A stretch of DNA of 64,000 bases from Eledone cirrhosa (taxonomy: Eukaryota): the NCBI GenBank assembly GCA_964016885.1, contig OZ024742.1, positions 259,036,001 to 259,100,000 on the forward strand. Direction: 5' to 3'. This document shows positions 14,539-28,469 of this stretch, one piece after another. Position 1 is the stretch's first letter; each line of letters begins with the position of its first letter. The position numbers were made by a program, and so were the translations under genes. Under the pieces are notes generated by a model. The model saw nothing but the letters and a program-made list of their open reading frames with translations, had not been told where the DNA came from and made no database searches.

Positions 14539-15329
14539 CCACTCAGCTGGTAAAAATCGCGTATATCTGTAACATAAATGACCAGTTTCTCGCAACTGTT
14601 AGGCTGAATCTCCCCGATAACTAGGTGAAGAGTGTAGAATTGCAAGGAATACTCAGCCATATGCCAGTTAACTTCTCGAGCAGGTAGTTCCATCGTTTGA
14701 ATAATTGGAACACTCACTGTTGAAACTGACGCAGGTCAAGCGCATTACGTCAATTCTATCGACTTCAGTGAAGTTTAGATTATTGTATCGATAATTTATT
14801 ACTGAGCTCATTTGAGAATTAATAGTTATTAGTCTATTTTCATCATTTCTTTTACATGTAATATCCCTCATCCTCTTCTGAACTTTTATTTCATTTGTGA
14901 ATTTAATGTTCTGTCTTTAACGTTATCTAGTTCAAATACTTCCAAATATATTTCCTGTCATCTATTTTTATTATCTCTGTAACATCCTCAAACAAGATAA
15001 TAATGATTTTTATGATATTTATTCGAAGAAAATAACTATAACTACAGCCATTATGTTAACTTTATTCAATTGTATTTCATTACCTTCCTCTCTGCTGTTT
15101 TGCTTTAGACGTTGTGTTTCTTATAACTTGTGCTTTCATAGATCTTTCAGGATCAATTTCACTACAAACAATATCTCAGTTAAACATGTGTACATTCTTG
15201 CAAGATTTATTCAACTTAGTTGCTACTGCTATGCTCTTATGTTTGACATTATTATTAGCATTATTTTCCTTGGATATCTTTTATTATAATATCTGGACTG
15301 TTCGGTTTGATTATCCTGTCAGTGTGTAA

Positions 15330-15870
15330 GTTAAAATCCTACAGTATTATTACATTACCAATTTCAGTTACCGGTTTTGAATGATGTTGATACCAGATTT
15401 TTCTTTTCTTCATTCCTATAGGACTTACATATTTTCGAGTAGATGTACTCTGTCGTGTTTGTTTTCGTATTGATATGGCGCTAAGGTGATGCATGCAGAT
15501 ATTAGGTGCTCCAATGTTTCAGTATTTCTGTCAGCGTATCGGCATTTTGGGTCATTATGTTTTCCTAATATGTTTGCCTGATAATTGTTTGTGGCAAGGT
15601 GTTGTGAAGCCAGTATGAAACCTGTTTTGGCTTTCTTAACTGCGCAGCCACTGATGGTTTGGATTTTCTTTATGTGAACTTGCCTGATACGGGTCAAGTA
15701 CTGACCATGTAGTGGCATATTTTGCCATTTTCTCTTTATCTGCTCAAGAGTTGCCTCGTTTGTTTTTGTTTTTGTAGCCTTTCCTAACCCTGTTGGTGGA
15801 AGAGGATTTTCTTGTATCATATCTCCGCTTAGATTTATTTCCCGCATATATTTGGTGCTTTCTTTTATCA
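15330..15870 (-). pseudogene. Older R4/Dong-type non-LTR retrotransposon fragment (C-terminal zinc-knuckle region)
   Basis: PLHGQY...GFILASQH...KCRYADRNTETLEHLISAC..LA...YENKHDRV parallels CRICGEREETVAHIVSEC..LA...WRHD of the neighbouring element. Confidence 0.75.
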
Positions 15871-15881
15871 CATTATTGTTA

Positions 15882-15943
<62 letters not shown>
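15871..15943. repeat. (ATT)n microsatellite
   Basis: Directly visible. Confidence 0.97.
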
Positions 15944-15944
<1 letters not shown>

Positions 15945-16146
15945 GGGCGGTGAATTGGCAGTATCGGTAGAGGGTCGGACATGCTTTCTAGCATAGTTAT
16001 GTCCCTTTATGATCTGATTTCAAATGCCGCCGAGGTTAACTTTGCCTTTCATCCATACGGGGTCGATAAAATAAAGTACCAGTAATGTACTGGGTAATTG
16101 CTGGCCTTGTGCCAAAAGTAGAGACAATTATTATTATTATTATTAT
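15944..16146 (+). mobile_element. SINE family 1 with (ATT)n tail
   Basis: gggcggtgaattggcag...gtgccaaaagtagagacaattattatt. Confidence 0.93.
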
Positions 16147-18445
16147 TGTTCTTTGAGTCTCAGTCATTGATGTTATTTAACTGGAAAGTTTGTTGAAATG
16201 AATATCAAGCCACTACCTGCAGCCTCAGATATTCAGGACGTATCGGAGGGTTCTTGCCGTTCCCAGAAACCATGCCTTTTGAAGTGTTCCAAAAAGCGTG
16301 GCGAGGCCAATTTTCTTTAACCATCCCTGGAAACTTTTTTGAAATAGTACCTAGTGCACCTATGACAATGGTGCAACTTTGATTTCATGGCAGTTCCAAA
16401 TCCTTTTTACCTCCCACTTTAAGTCCTGGTATCGGTTAATTTTCTCCCTCTCCTCCTCTTGCACTCTCGTGTCGAATGAGCAGGCCACATCCACAATCAG
16501 GCACGATCTTTTTTCTTTGTCCAAAACCACCAGGTCAGGTCTATTGTGTTCCAGTTTCTTGTCCGTCTGTATCCTAAAATCCCACAGCACCTTCACCTGA
16601 TCGATTTCTATCACCGCCTCTGGCTTATGCTCATATCACTTCTCAGAATGAGGTAAATTGTTTACTTTGCATAGGTGCCAGTGGATCACCCTGCCCATCA
16701 CATCATGTCTCCAGCCTTTATAGTGAGTCTGGGCTAGGTGTTTACACTCGGATACAATGTGAGCCACAGTCTCCTCTCTCTCTCCACAGATCCTGCACAG
16801 TGGGCTAGCCTCCTCCTTGTAAATGTGGTGTTTCAACCACTTCGTTTTGAGGGCCTGCTGCTGCGCAGCCATTAACATTCCTTCTGTAGCCTTTTTAAGG
16901 TCTCCTCTTTTCAACCAGTTCCATGTCTGTGGATCTCTAAATTCAGTTTTCTCAAAGAAGGTACTATTAAGGGATTTTTCCTGAAGGCTGCTCTTTCTCC
17001 TTGATGTTATTTCCTCGTTGGACATCCCCTGGCCTATTGTCCCCTCCTTCAGTACAGTTCTGAGCATTGGCTCCTTACTATCAGTCACGTATTTGTGTAG
17101 GTTGTTTTTCTCCATCTGAACACAGTCCTCTATGCTGATAAGACCTCTTCCACCCTCAGATCTCCTTAAGTAGAGTCTATCGGCATCACTCCTCTTGTGT
17201 AACATATTGTAGATAGTCAATAGCTTCCTAGTCTTCCTATCCATTTCTTTTTGTTCAGCAACATTCCATCTCAGAATTCCCGCACTGTACCTAATAATAG
17301 ACACAGCTCGGGAATTTACTGCACTTATGGCATTCCTACTGTTCAGATGTGACTTTAATACGCTCCTTACTCTTCGAATGTATTCAGTTCTTATCAATTC
17401 CTTCATTTTTTTGTTCTTGATGTCATCAGCCTCCAGAACGCCCAAATACTTGTATCCTTCCTCAAAGTCAATTTCTTTTATCATCTCATCTGTTGGTATC
17501 TGGATTCCGTTACTTCTGCTCAACTTACCCCTCCTCATCACAATGACTCCACACTTACTAATACCAAATTGCATACATATATCATTGCTGAAAATACGGA
17601 CAGTGTCAACAAGCACATCCAACTCCTTCTCAATCTTCCCGAAGAGCTTAAGATCGTCCATCACGTTTCGCAGTACACTGGTCAGGGGCATCAGGGCAAG
17701 GACAAACAACAGAGGGGACAGACTATCTCCCTGGAAGATACCTCTCTTGATCTTCACGCTTCCCAGAGATTCTCCAGTTGATGTTAACTCTGTTTCCCAG
17801 GACTTCATACTTTTGCCCAACAACTGTCTGATGTTATCTGCCACCTTGAAGATCTCCAGGCTTTTGGTGATCCAAGAATGAGGCACCATGTCAAATGCCT
17901 TTTTGTAATCTATCCATCCCATGGCAAGACCAGTGTGTCTCCTCTTGCAATTCCTCATTACCATCTTATCAATGAGTAACTGGTCCTTTGTACCACGTGA
18001 CTTCTTTCGGCATCCTTTCTGTTCGTCCGGTAACAAGTTGTTTGTGTGGAGGTGATGGTAGATTTCCTCAGACATAATGCTTGTCAACAGTTTCCACATT
18101 ACTGACAGACATGTGATAGGTCTATAGTTGGTAACATCATGACCCTTGATTCGGTCTTTCATTATCAGAACTGTGGTACCTTTTGTCAACCACTCTGGTA
18201 CCTCACCTGAGATCAAGCAGTCATTGAACATGGTTGTCAGTTTTGGGTGGAGGGATGTTATGTTTTTAATCCAATACTCCTGCACGCCATCTGGGCCAGG
18301 TGATTTCCAGTTGGTTAGTTTTTTGGCCTGCCCCTTAAGAGTTTCAACTGTGATACTCAAATCAGTTTGTTGGTGTGCCTGTTCACTGATCTCCTTCTGT
18401 ACTGTCTCAATCCACACTGCCTGGTCATTATGTTGAACATCCTGC
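16147..18445 (-). mobile_element. 5'-truncated, pseudogenised R4/Dong-clade non-LTR retrotransposon (RT + CCHC + restriction-like endonuclease)
   Basis: RT motifs KSPGPDG, NYRPITCL, WIDYKKAFDMVPH, GIFQGDSLSPLLF, MDDLKL, YKYLG; CRICGEREETVAHIVSEC; RHD; RPDLVV..IVDVAC..EK..RYQDL. Lesions: TGA at 16636-16638 where Trp is expected, a frameshift near 16370, and missing residues before MDD. (ATT)n on both sides. Confidence 0.93.
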
Positions 18446-18456
18446 TACTATTATTA

Positions 18457-18488
<32 letters not shown>
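18446..18488. repeat. (ATT)n flanking the retrotransposon 5' end
   Basis: Directly visible. Confidence 0.95.
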
Positions 18489-18489
<1 letters not shown>

Positions 18490-19056
18490 GATCCGGTTAT
18501 CAGTTGTGTCCATCATGAAAATTGCTCCACCCCTTCCTTTAGGCGGGAAGCGCTGACAATTTAATTTGTCTAGTAGCCATGATGAAAGTTGTGTCATGGA
18601 CTCGTTTGAAAGAATTGAAGACAAGCACTTTCCTATTCGGCGAAACCCTGATAGAATTTTTTTCAGGTTTCACTTGAAGAAGGAAATCAGGATAGAGAGC
18701 GAAGTGCTACATTCCAACTATTTTATTATAAGGTAGGTGAGAGTGGTGAACATGGCTCGAATGAATGGGCTTACTCGGAGTGTGTGCCTGTAGATTTGAG
18801 GAGTACACGTGGGAAGGAACACTTGCTCTCGCATTCAGGTTAAGCAGGGCTGTGTTGGCTTTCTCTACAAATGACCCTCCGACGTCCCCACATATTGTGA
18901 AATTTATTGTGTTTGAATTTTTCTTTGCATGTTTATTCTTTGTTCCTCGTATTTTGGTAAACGCATCTTACACATTAAAACCCACACTGTGCCGTGCTGT
19001 ACCGCCTTTAATATTTATTTTTTAATGTGAGCTCTGAGTGGTTAATAAGGAAACCA

Positions 19057-19247
19057 TTGGATTGGCAGTATCGGTAGATGGTCGGACGCCATGCTTTGAC
19101 GCGTAGAGTTACGTTCCTTGCCATTCTGAGTTCAAATCCCGCCGAGGTTAACTTTGCCTTTCATACTTACAGGGTCGATAAAATAAAGTACCAGTAATAC
19201 ACTGGGTAATTGCTGGCCGTGTGCCAAAAGTAGAAACAATTATTATC
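19057..19247 (+). mobile_element. SINE family 1
   Basis: tggattggcagtatcggtag...gtgccaaaagtagaaacaattattat. Confidence 0.92.
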
Positions 19248-19784
19248 GTTGTATATGAATATTATGATTCATAGTCTCATATTTTTATTGTATGGTTTCC
19301 TTGTACTACTGAATAATGCTGTATAAAACCCCTGCAACTATGTATTCATGGCAAATATATTGATTCAACGTCAGATTAGGGTAGTCTATTCGAAATGTAG
19401 TCACCTTTCTATGTTTTCGTTTTCATCTAGAATAATATACCTATGACCTATTATTCTAGAGCTGTCCTCTGTTGACTTGATTTAGTTTACTGCAGTTTTA
19501 TATTTTTAATTCGTCTAGAACATACTCGGTGATTTGTTTTGTAACCTATCTAGTTTATTCTTACTTATCTATTGGTATATCACTTTATTTTAATCATCTA
19601 ATGTCTGCTTCTTTCTTTAAAATAACACTTTTCTTTATTTATCTCTCTTTTAGTTTGTTTTGCCTCTTTTTTTCTCATCCACATATCACATAGATTTTTT
19701 TTATTATTTTCAACGCGTATACTCTCTGCACTAGTGTTACTATTTGCTTATCACCTGTAATTTATAAAAAAAAGAGGTGTGAAA

Positions 19785-20090
19785 GTGTGTGGCCTACTTT
19801 TCAGGCTGTTCCGTTTGCGATCGTAAGGTCAGGAGTTTAATTTCTAGGACTCACAATTTACTCTTCAGAAAAGCACTTTATTTCACGTTCTTCCAGCCCA
19901 TTCACCTCTCAAAATGAATTGTTCCTCTAAAACAAATAGCCTGCCACATTACACACCGACTCACGGCATTTGAGAATTACATTAATGGGAGGTGTATGAA
20001 TGGAATGCTCAGCTACTTGCACTTTATATTCAACAAGGGTTTATTCCGTTGATTGCATCGGCTGGAAGATTCATCGCTGAAACCGTCCTA
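19785..20090 (+). mobile_element. SINE family 2 with tRNA-like head
   Basis: tgtggcctac...cgatcgtaaggtcaggagtttaattt...gcactttatttcacgtt...gagaattacattaa. Confidence 0.65.
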
Positions 20091-21332
20091 GTTCCACAAC
20101 ACATTAGATGCGATTTTTTATAGACAAATGGTTGAATTTGTCGGCATAGCATTTATATCCGAGACTTGTGAGATATAATAAGTTTCAAAATATTAGTGAC
20201 ATGTAGAAAATGAGTGGCTTGTCTTCTCGGAATTTCTCATATCTAACAGATTGGCTTACCTTTTTATAATTACCTCATCGTTCTTTATCTACATGGCATA
20301 TTAAATATATCTGCTTACTCTGCTAATGCAACCGTACTTATAGTTAGTATTTTAAATACCTATAAAATACTCTCGCTCCGTACCCTGATTAGAACATCGA
20401 CAATTTTCATTTATGACTCTATTACTATTTAATAGAATTATAGAAATAATGTTTATCATCATTAATTTCAAGTATCATTTTATGTCGAAGATGGGGGTAG
20501 AGTGAGCTTGCTGCATTCCACTGGTTTCTAAGAAAGATTAGTGAGAGCGTTGAGATTTACAAAGCTGATTCGACCTGCTCAAAGTATGCTTCTCTAAGCA
20601 GTTAGAAGTAAACCAGCATAGGGTATAGCCATTGCCCTTGATGCTACGCTACAGTAATGTGAAGAATTGGTTGTGTGTAGTGGGTGTCTCCTGGAATTCC
20701 CCTAAGCACAATACTCTCCTAAGGAAGAATTGTTTTGTGTCGACATTTGTTCCTTTTTTGTGTATTCGCATCATGACTATGTATTACAGATATTTTTATT
20801 TTTTAACCAATAGTTTTTCTCAAGTTGTCACCCGTTGTAATACCTGTGCTTTTCACTGTTGCCTTGTTCACAACCTCTTGGGGTCTTTAACTTTTCCTTT
20901 TATCGTTCCGCGGTCAATAAAATATCATTTAAATACTGTGGACGATATAATAGACAGTTCCTTCGACCAAATTGCTAATTCCATAACAATATTAGAAACA
21001 ATTATCATTATTATTGTATTAATAGCGATCTTGTAAAATTTTAAGTTAATATTCAAAATACCAGAATACTATTGTTTCGAATAGTTATGGGAGGGATGTC
21101 AATAATATATCAACTGTTTCAATGACTATGGTGTGGTGGTGAAGGTTCAACAAGCGAGATATAAAGAAAACAACATCGATGGTTTTTATAATGTCGCTTT
21201 GGGTGCATCAACTCTACAACGTAATCGCTGGCCCTTCACATAAACTTTGCCAGTGGCGCCTGCTAGAGCAGCCGAATAATATATCTCATTCAAGTAGTAT
21301 TCCATAGAAAAGCGCACTGACGCACACAAACA

Positions 21333-21403
<71 letters not shown>

Positions 21404-21583
21404 TAATAATAATAGTAATAATAATAAATTTGAAGACTAAAATCCAAAGAGGGCTCGATAAGGATAAATATACTCGTATATCAAATATATAACAACCGTT
21501 AAGGGTGAAAGCACCGGTTCTTTGCTTAAACTTTAATCTGTTATTTTTATATATATATATATATATATATTTAAATATTTAAA

Positions 21584-21619
<36 letters not shown>

Positions 21620-21648
21620 AAGCGTTGTTTCTCTATTTAGTCTTGTCA

Positions 21649-21741
<93 letters not shown>

Positions 21742-22869
21742 TAGTGTGTGTGTGTGTATTTTGAAGCAGATGATAATGGTAACATGGTTACAAGGAATGA
21801 AATTTCGTGCTAATTAAGCACAGGACGCCTACTTCTTCCGAATATGATGAGGAGCTCGAGTAGACTGTAAATCAATATCAGTTTTGTTGAAATTCTTATT
21901 AAATTCTGCTTAAGTAGAATTGTGTTCCTACAACTTCACGTCTACAAAATAAGTTGAATTGTTTTCTTTATATTTTAGTGAGGGGAAAGCAAGATGATTT
22001 TGCGTAATACGTTCCTGATTTCTGCGATATAATGTTTATTCCACTAATGTCAGCTTTGTCTAAAATCCTTCGAGGTCGATTAATCAATCACCAGTTGACT
22101 ACTGGGGTATATTCCCCATCTGTCTTCATAAGTTTCTTTCTTTCTTTCTCTATACATTTATTGGAAGAAATCAGCTACGTTCAGAGATAGGGAGGGATGG
22201 GCGCCGCCAGATTTAACTGCACAAAGCATTATGTTAGCGTTTTATGTAATCGTTTTTTTCTATGATTTCATCCGGTGTTTATGGCCATTCGAATATAATA
22301 TAGCCTAAGTATATTGACGTTTTCACAATTTTTATTTAAAATCATTTTCTGTATTACTCATTGAGAGATTATTATATACAAATGTATTTTATACGCTTCG
22401 ACTTACACAACTTTCTCCCACAGTCTGTTATTTTGTGTTGACACTAACACCTTACCCACTATGACACGTAGCTTCCTGAAAATCGCAATTATTTCAGGAT
22501 AAATCCGTATTTAAATAGAATTTTATCTGGATATAATACTAGAAGTTACTTAAGTAAACATCTTATAGATAAGCTGTACCAAGATGTTCATTGATAGAGG
22601 TGATCTCAGAGATTCCTACAATTGTGTAATTAAATTGGCGCGACGTAGTTTCAAACGTAGCTCTTTGAAATACATTAATGAAAGACACGCCACTATATTT
22701 ACTCTTGATTGATGTACAATAATACGTCTAGCAGATTCTAGTTAAGCGGATAAAGAGGATAATTTTTTTAACTTGCCGTCATATACCCATACACGTGTGC
22801 GTATGTATGTGTGCGTACACATACGTCTAAATATGTACATATTCGTGTATGTGTGTATCCCAGTTTTTA

Positions 22870-23015
22870 TAAAAGGCAAACGGTATACCAGCTTGTAAGA
22901 GGCGACAAAAGGGTTGGCATCAGGATGAGCATCCGAACTGCGATTACAAGCCATTGTCGCAAACATCCCCCTAGCCCATGCCAGTATGGAAAGGTGGGCG
23001 TAAAAACGATGATGT
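22870..23015 (+). mobile_element. SINE/LINE 3' end with RTE-like tail
   Basis: ggttggcatcagga...cccatgccagtatggaaa...taaaaacgatgatg; the same tail motif occurs on the minus strand at 30545-30575. Confidence 0.6.
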
Positions 23016-23080
23016 AGATACATATGGATGATTTTGTGTAACTATGTATACTCTGTGTATGAGTTGTTATATGTACACAC

Positions 23081-23167
<87 letters not shown>

Positions 23168-23193
23168 GTGTGTGTGTGTGTGTATATAATCAA

Positions 23194-23245
<52 letters not shown>

Positions 23246-23256
23246 ATATAATCAAA

Positions 23257-23302
<46 letters not shown>

Positions 23303-24971
23303 GTATGTAAGAGTGTGCACGTGTGTGAAGAGAAGTGCTTACTTTAAAACGTAATTATTATTGTAGTTATTCGTCGAAATGTTAGAATTTAAAAGCCATA
23401 GCGATTTTATTGTTCACAGATATATCGGACATCTAACAATACACAATGAGAACAGAACAAACATATGTATTTATAATTTTAATAATGTTCTAATCAAAAG
23501 AATATCTTCACGGTATTGCTTAGTTTCCAATTATAGGAAAATGCTTTATTCTTTAACAATAAAGCATTTCCACTATTATTTTTGTCCTTCACCATCAGTA
23601 CTGCATTTCACATATATACGACATTTTCTAATATGTATGTTCGTGTTTTTTATTGTATTTGAAATTTCAGGATAATTGAAGTATATTTCTTCAAATAATA
23701 GCAACTTGAGAACTTAGCATAAATGCCCATTTTTTGTTCAATATGAATACGGAAATGAAAATATTTCCAAGGAACAAATATACATGAAATGTTTCAGACA
23801 CTCCACCGCACTAGCTATAATGCAGTTTTAATGGTTTCATTTTTTTTTATGTTTTGGCTATCAGAGTTTTCTCCAAAATTTAATATCAATTTTTTTCTGG
23901 TTTCAGTTATTAGACTCTCAATAACCCCCGTTTCTCTCCCTTTCTCTCACCTTCTCCCTTACTACTCTCTTCTCTCACTTCTCCCTTTCTCTCACTCACA
24001 AGTAGCACATTTGCAGAAATTTTATAACGTGGGCTAAAAATTGTTGAGGCATTTGTTCCAGCTCACTGCGCTTTGAGTTCAAATCTCACTGAAACTAACG
24101 TTATCTTCCATCATGTCTAAGTCGTTAAAATAAGTACCAGTCTTAGCCTGGTATTGATTCTCTTCTATCTCTGTTCCTCTCTGTCCCTCTTTGGAGGAAA
24201 ATCGGATGTGTTCCCATCTGCAGTGGCCTCTGTCATGGTCCCCACGCCGTGTGACAACACGCTGTTCAAGGAACTTTATCTTCAACGTTAAAATGAAACG
24301 CATCAGTACAAAGGACCACTCAAAATCGTACTTTAAGCCGGTATTTAAACGAAATACTTCCAAATAAATATACAAGCTTTTCTTTCTTTTACGATTTAAA
24401 CACAACTGAAATTCTATTGCCATTACATTATACACGTCGCTTCAACAACAGCAAAGCAGAGTACAATACAAAAACAGTTTCCAAACTGATACTAGTTACC
24501 TAGACACTTATTTGCTAACATAGATACCGTACTAATGGATAGCACTAACATAGGTACCATAATAACTGTGAAATCTAGAAAATTGATAACACCAACATAA
24601 ACAATAATAACGATGGAAATGGAAATGTCCTATACTGAAGATCAGAAATTTCGGCATGAAATAATAGAAATAACAAAATAAATAACAAACATAATAAATA
24701 CATCACTATAATGGTAGGTGCTCTTGGAATGATAAAACAAATACAGATAACCCCCAAACCCTCTTTTCTTGAAACTGAAAGTAGCAGTAAAAGGTACTGC
24801 ACACACACATTACGAAGAGTATTTTCAAAACATTGTAATCAACAATACCGGATACATAGCACTACATATATCCAAGGTAACCACACCTGTGTTCGGTAAT
24901 GTAATGACAGCCTGCAAAGAAAATATGACTAAAGATGATGATAAAAATTATTATAATTATTTTATTAGAAA

Positions 24972-25193
24972 AGGTGGTGGTTTAGCAGTATCGGTAGAGC
25001 GTTAGACACTATGCCTTGCAGCATAGAGTTACGACCCTTTAAGGTATGAGTTAAAATCCCGCCGAGGTAAGATTTTCATTTCATCCTTACGATGTCGATT
25101 TATATAAAACATCAATAATGCACTGGGGTCGATTTAATCTACTTCCATGAAAAAAGCATTGCTGGCCTTGTGCCTATAGTAGAATTAATTATT
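24972..25193 (+). mobile_element. SINE family 1
   Basis: ggtggtggtttagcagtatcggtagag...cgccgagg...ggccttgtgcc. Confidence 0.88.
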
Positions 25194-25414
25194 CAAAAAG
25201 AACAATAATAATTTAAAAAAAAAAGTATTTCTGATATAGTCAGATACTAAAACAAGTGTGGGCTGTAGTATCTCTTGTTAGATATTCACTCATATGGACT
25301 GTGCTTTTTGAAGGCATTCGAGAGTTAGAGAGAAAAGTCTACAGGAGTAATAGTTGCCATAATTTAGTTCCATAGGAATTCAGTAATCAAGTAAGTGGTT
25401 TCCAAACAGATATT

Positions 25415-25598
25415 AATAATTGTTTCTACATTAGCACAAGGTCAGCAATTACCAGTACATTACTGGTACTTTATTTTATCGACCCCGTAAGGATGAAAGG
25501 CAAAGTTAACCTCGTCGGGATTTGAACTCATAACGTAAAGGTACGTAACTACGCTGGAAAGCATGTCCGACGCTCTACCGGTACTGCCAATTCACCAC
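25415..25598 (-). mobile_element. SINE family 1, first of a tandem pair
   Basis: Reverse complement of the family consensus; flanked by ccaaacagatattaataat. Confidence 0.92.
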
Positions 25599-25611
25599 CC
25601 AAACAGATATT

Positions 25612-25800
25612 AATAATTGTTTGTACTTTTGGCACACAAGGCCAGCAATAACCCAGTGTATTACTGGTACTTTATTTTATCGACCCCATAAGGATGAAAG
25701 GCAAAGTTAATCTCGGCGGGATTTGAACTCAGAATAGCAAGGGCCGTAACTCTATGCGTCAAAGCATGGCGTCCGACCCTCTACCGATACTGCCAATCCA
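25612..25800 (-). mobile_element. SINE family 1, second of a tandem pair
   Basis: Reverse complement of the family consensus; flanked by ccaaacagatattaataat. Confidence 0.92.
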
Positions 25801-25816
25801 CCAAACAGATATTAAT

Positions 25817-25926
25817 AATATAGACACATATGCACTAATATAGACACATATGCACTAATATAGACACATATGCACTAATATAGATACATATGCACTAATA
25901 TAGACACATATGCACTAATATAGATA
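25817..25926. repeat. 20-bp tandem repeat (aatatagacacatatgcact), ~5.5 copies
   Basis: Directly visible. Confidence 0.95.
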
Positions 25927-26010
25927 CCATAATAAAGGTGACATCTAGAAATAGATAGACTAGCATAGGTACCATATTGACTATGACTATATTGCCACTC
26001 TCTGATCCCC

Positions 26011-26086
<76 letters not shown>

Positions 26087-26539
26087 ACACCAGTTCTACT
26101 GCTATATGCCAGAGCCCTGCCTGCTAAAACTTACAATATGAGCAAAATCCGCTACCTGAGAGTCATAGACACAAGTAATCGTGCAATACGAAAGTCCCGA
26201 ACGGGAAGCCATTTAACAGCTGGCATAGAAGATGCGGAAACACACATACACCACTATGTCGTATTTCATATTGACAGGAGGCAACATCTCATGGTGGCGT
26301 TACTTTGTACTTCCGTAAAGATATCTTAACACTGTTGTTTCATTCCAACTGTGACAGTCTATTAGTACACATAAATCAATTCAAAATATGTGTCACATTT
26401 AGGCCACCTGACGTCCCTAGTCAAGGGGTAATATTCGAAGATAACCCCAGAAAGATAACGGCCTACTAACTAAACTAGATCAGACTCAACATACTACTGT
26501 TGTGAGACCTTAATTTCTCCAAGAACAAATGGGCCGAAG

Positions 26540-26830
26540 GACACCTCCTCTCAGAATGACAGCTCAAGATTCCCTTGGCGGAATCCGTCTCCCACATTGA
26601 ATCGTTTTCATTTAGCACCATTTATCCGAACACAATTACTTGGGGATTCGTTTATAGACATTAAGGCAGCAAGAAGCTGACCATCGATCCCACTCTCCTG
26701 CACATTATTCCATTTGCAGGTCGTGAGGAACGCAATCATGATGTCTTTCAAGGTCGACAAAACAAGAATATTATACTCTTTGGTAATACACCACAATTTT
26801 ATCGAAGACCTGCCAAAGTGCGAATATTTG
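26540..26830 (-). pseudogene. Degenerate RTE-like reverse transcriptase fragment
   Basis: ...ESGIDGQLLAALMSI...CVRINGAK*KRFNVGDGFRQG resembles the RT segment leading into the G.RQG motif. Confidence 0.6.
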
Positions 26831-26859
26831 TTGACGTTTTAAAAGACAGGAGGAAGATT

Positions 26860-27890
26860 GTTGCAGCCAATGCAGTCCACTCAAAGGAAGCATCAATAAT
26901 AAATGGTGTGTCCCCAGGGAACTCTTATGGGACTACTGTTGTTTTTGGTGGATCTCTAACATGCACTGCGTAGTACAGGCAGCCTCCCTTATAAGCTGTA
27001 TCAATGAATTGAAAGTAGTACAGGAAATCAAGCATTAGGCTGATACTACACTTTTACAAGACGTGGATGACCTATACAAATGGCCTGAGGTCACTAGTAT
27101 GTAGTTTAATGCCGGAAAATGTTATGTCTTCCGCTATCAATATACAAACAAAAGACAACTATGCTAACCTAGACCAGGAGGAATCAAAATTCCCTCATTG
27201 AATTTCATGTGGGACCTGGGAATTAATATGAGTAACAATGCGTCATTTCATGTATACATCACCAAAATGGCAACAACGGACCAAGAAAACCTGTTTTTCC
27301 TTTCGAATACCTTTGGTCTCAGCTGATTGGACTGTTTCTCTCAGCTGGGGCCGATCACAGTGTTAAATTCACCGCGGAACATGAAGTAATCCAACGATTT
27401 CACAAGAAGCTTTCCTATATGAAGGAAATGAGCTACTGGGATACAGAGAAAGAAAGAATTAAAGCTCTATTCCCTTAAATGAAAACTGGAGATATACGTA
27501 GTGATATGCATATCGAAGATTCCAGAAGGACTATCACCAAACTTTGGCATTGAGAGGTAGACCAATCCTTGAACAGGACACCATTACGTATTGCCAAAGT
27601 TTCTATCGTTTACATCTAGAGTAATGACCAGCTACTGCAATATCTGGGGCTTCAAAGACCCCAAGCTCTCTAATAAGCTGCTAAAAAACTGATGGATCTA
27701 CATGGTGGGGATGTTGATGCTTTCAAGAACATCTTGACATTCTGCTAAGATCTCAGATGGATCCACAGCACGAAACGAATAACATAGAAGAGCAGCAACG
27801 ACACATTCCCTTTTACATCAATGACTGGCTTTAGAAAGTGTAGCGACAGTAGTTGTTCCCAGCATGGTCTTAGCCAATCAACGGGAACAA
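26860..27890 (+). pseudogene. Degenerate CR1/L2-like LINE 3' portion
   Basis: Frameshifted remnants of GVPQG..GPLLF (26904-26945), DLGI (27212), E.IQR.FT (27382) and SYW..KELKLYSL (27431-27477). Confidence 0.65.
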
Positions 27891-27896
27891 GTAAAA

Positions 27897-27935
<39 letters not shown>

Positions 27936-28071
27936 AATTAATAAAAACAATGAAATAAAAACAAAGAACAAGTTTCTTATATAAAAAAATTCATCATTTT
28001 ACGATCGTTGCTGCGATGTATATGTGTGTTGGTATGTATATCATTTTTAAGATCTATGTAAAAATATTATC

Positions 28072-28123
<52 letters not shown>

Positions 28124-28469
28124 TATAATATTATATAGGAAATGGTGTCTGTGTGTATAGATCACAAATGCGCATTTATATTTATGTGTATGTGTGTGTT
28201 CCTGGAGAATAGCTTTTCCTTCCTACACGCCATATTAAAGATAGGACTGTATTCTGTTTGGATCCAATTCAACATAAAACCCCGCAATCTCCCATATGAA
28301 CTAACGCATGCCTGTGCCTCATGTACCGGGATTTATGTTCAACACTACAACGCAGATCCTGCTTCCATGGCAAATGTTATGGTGTTTTATCATAGTTTAA
28401 ATTAAGACACAAGAAACATTATATAAAATAGGGCATTATATAAATAGGGCGTTAAATTGTCTCCAGTCT

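Noticed and set aside
16636-16638. In-frame TGA in the R4/Dong ORF as possible recoding
   Set aside because: It sits where Trp is expected (K-W-YEH), so it is a simple TGG>TGA lesion; the copy has other disabling lesions.
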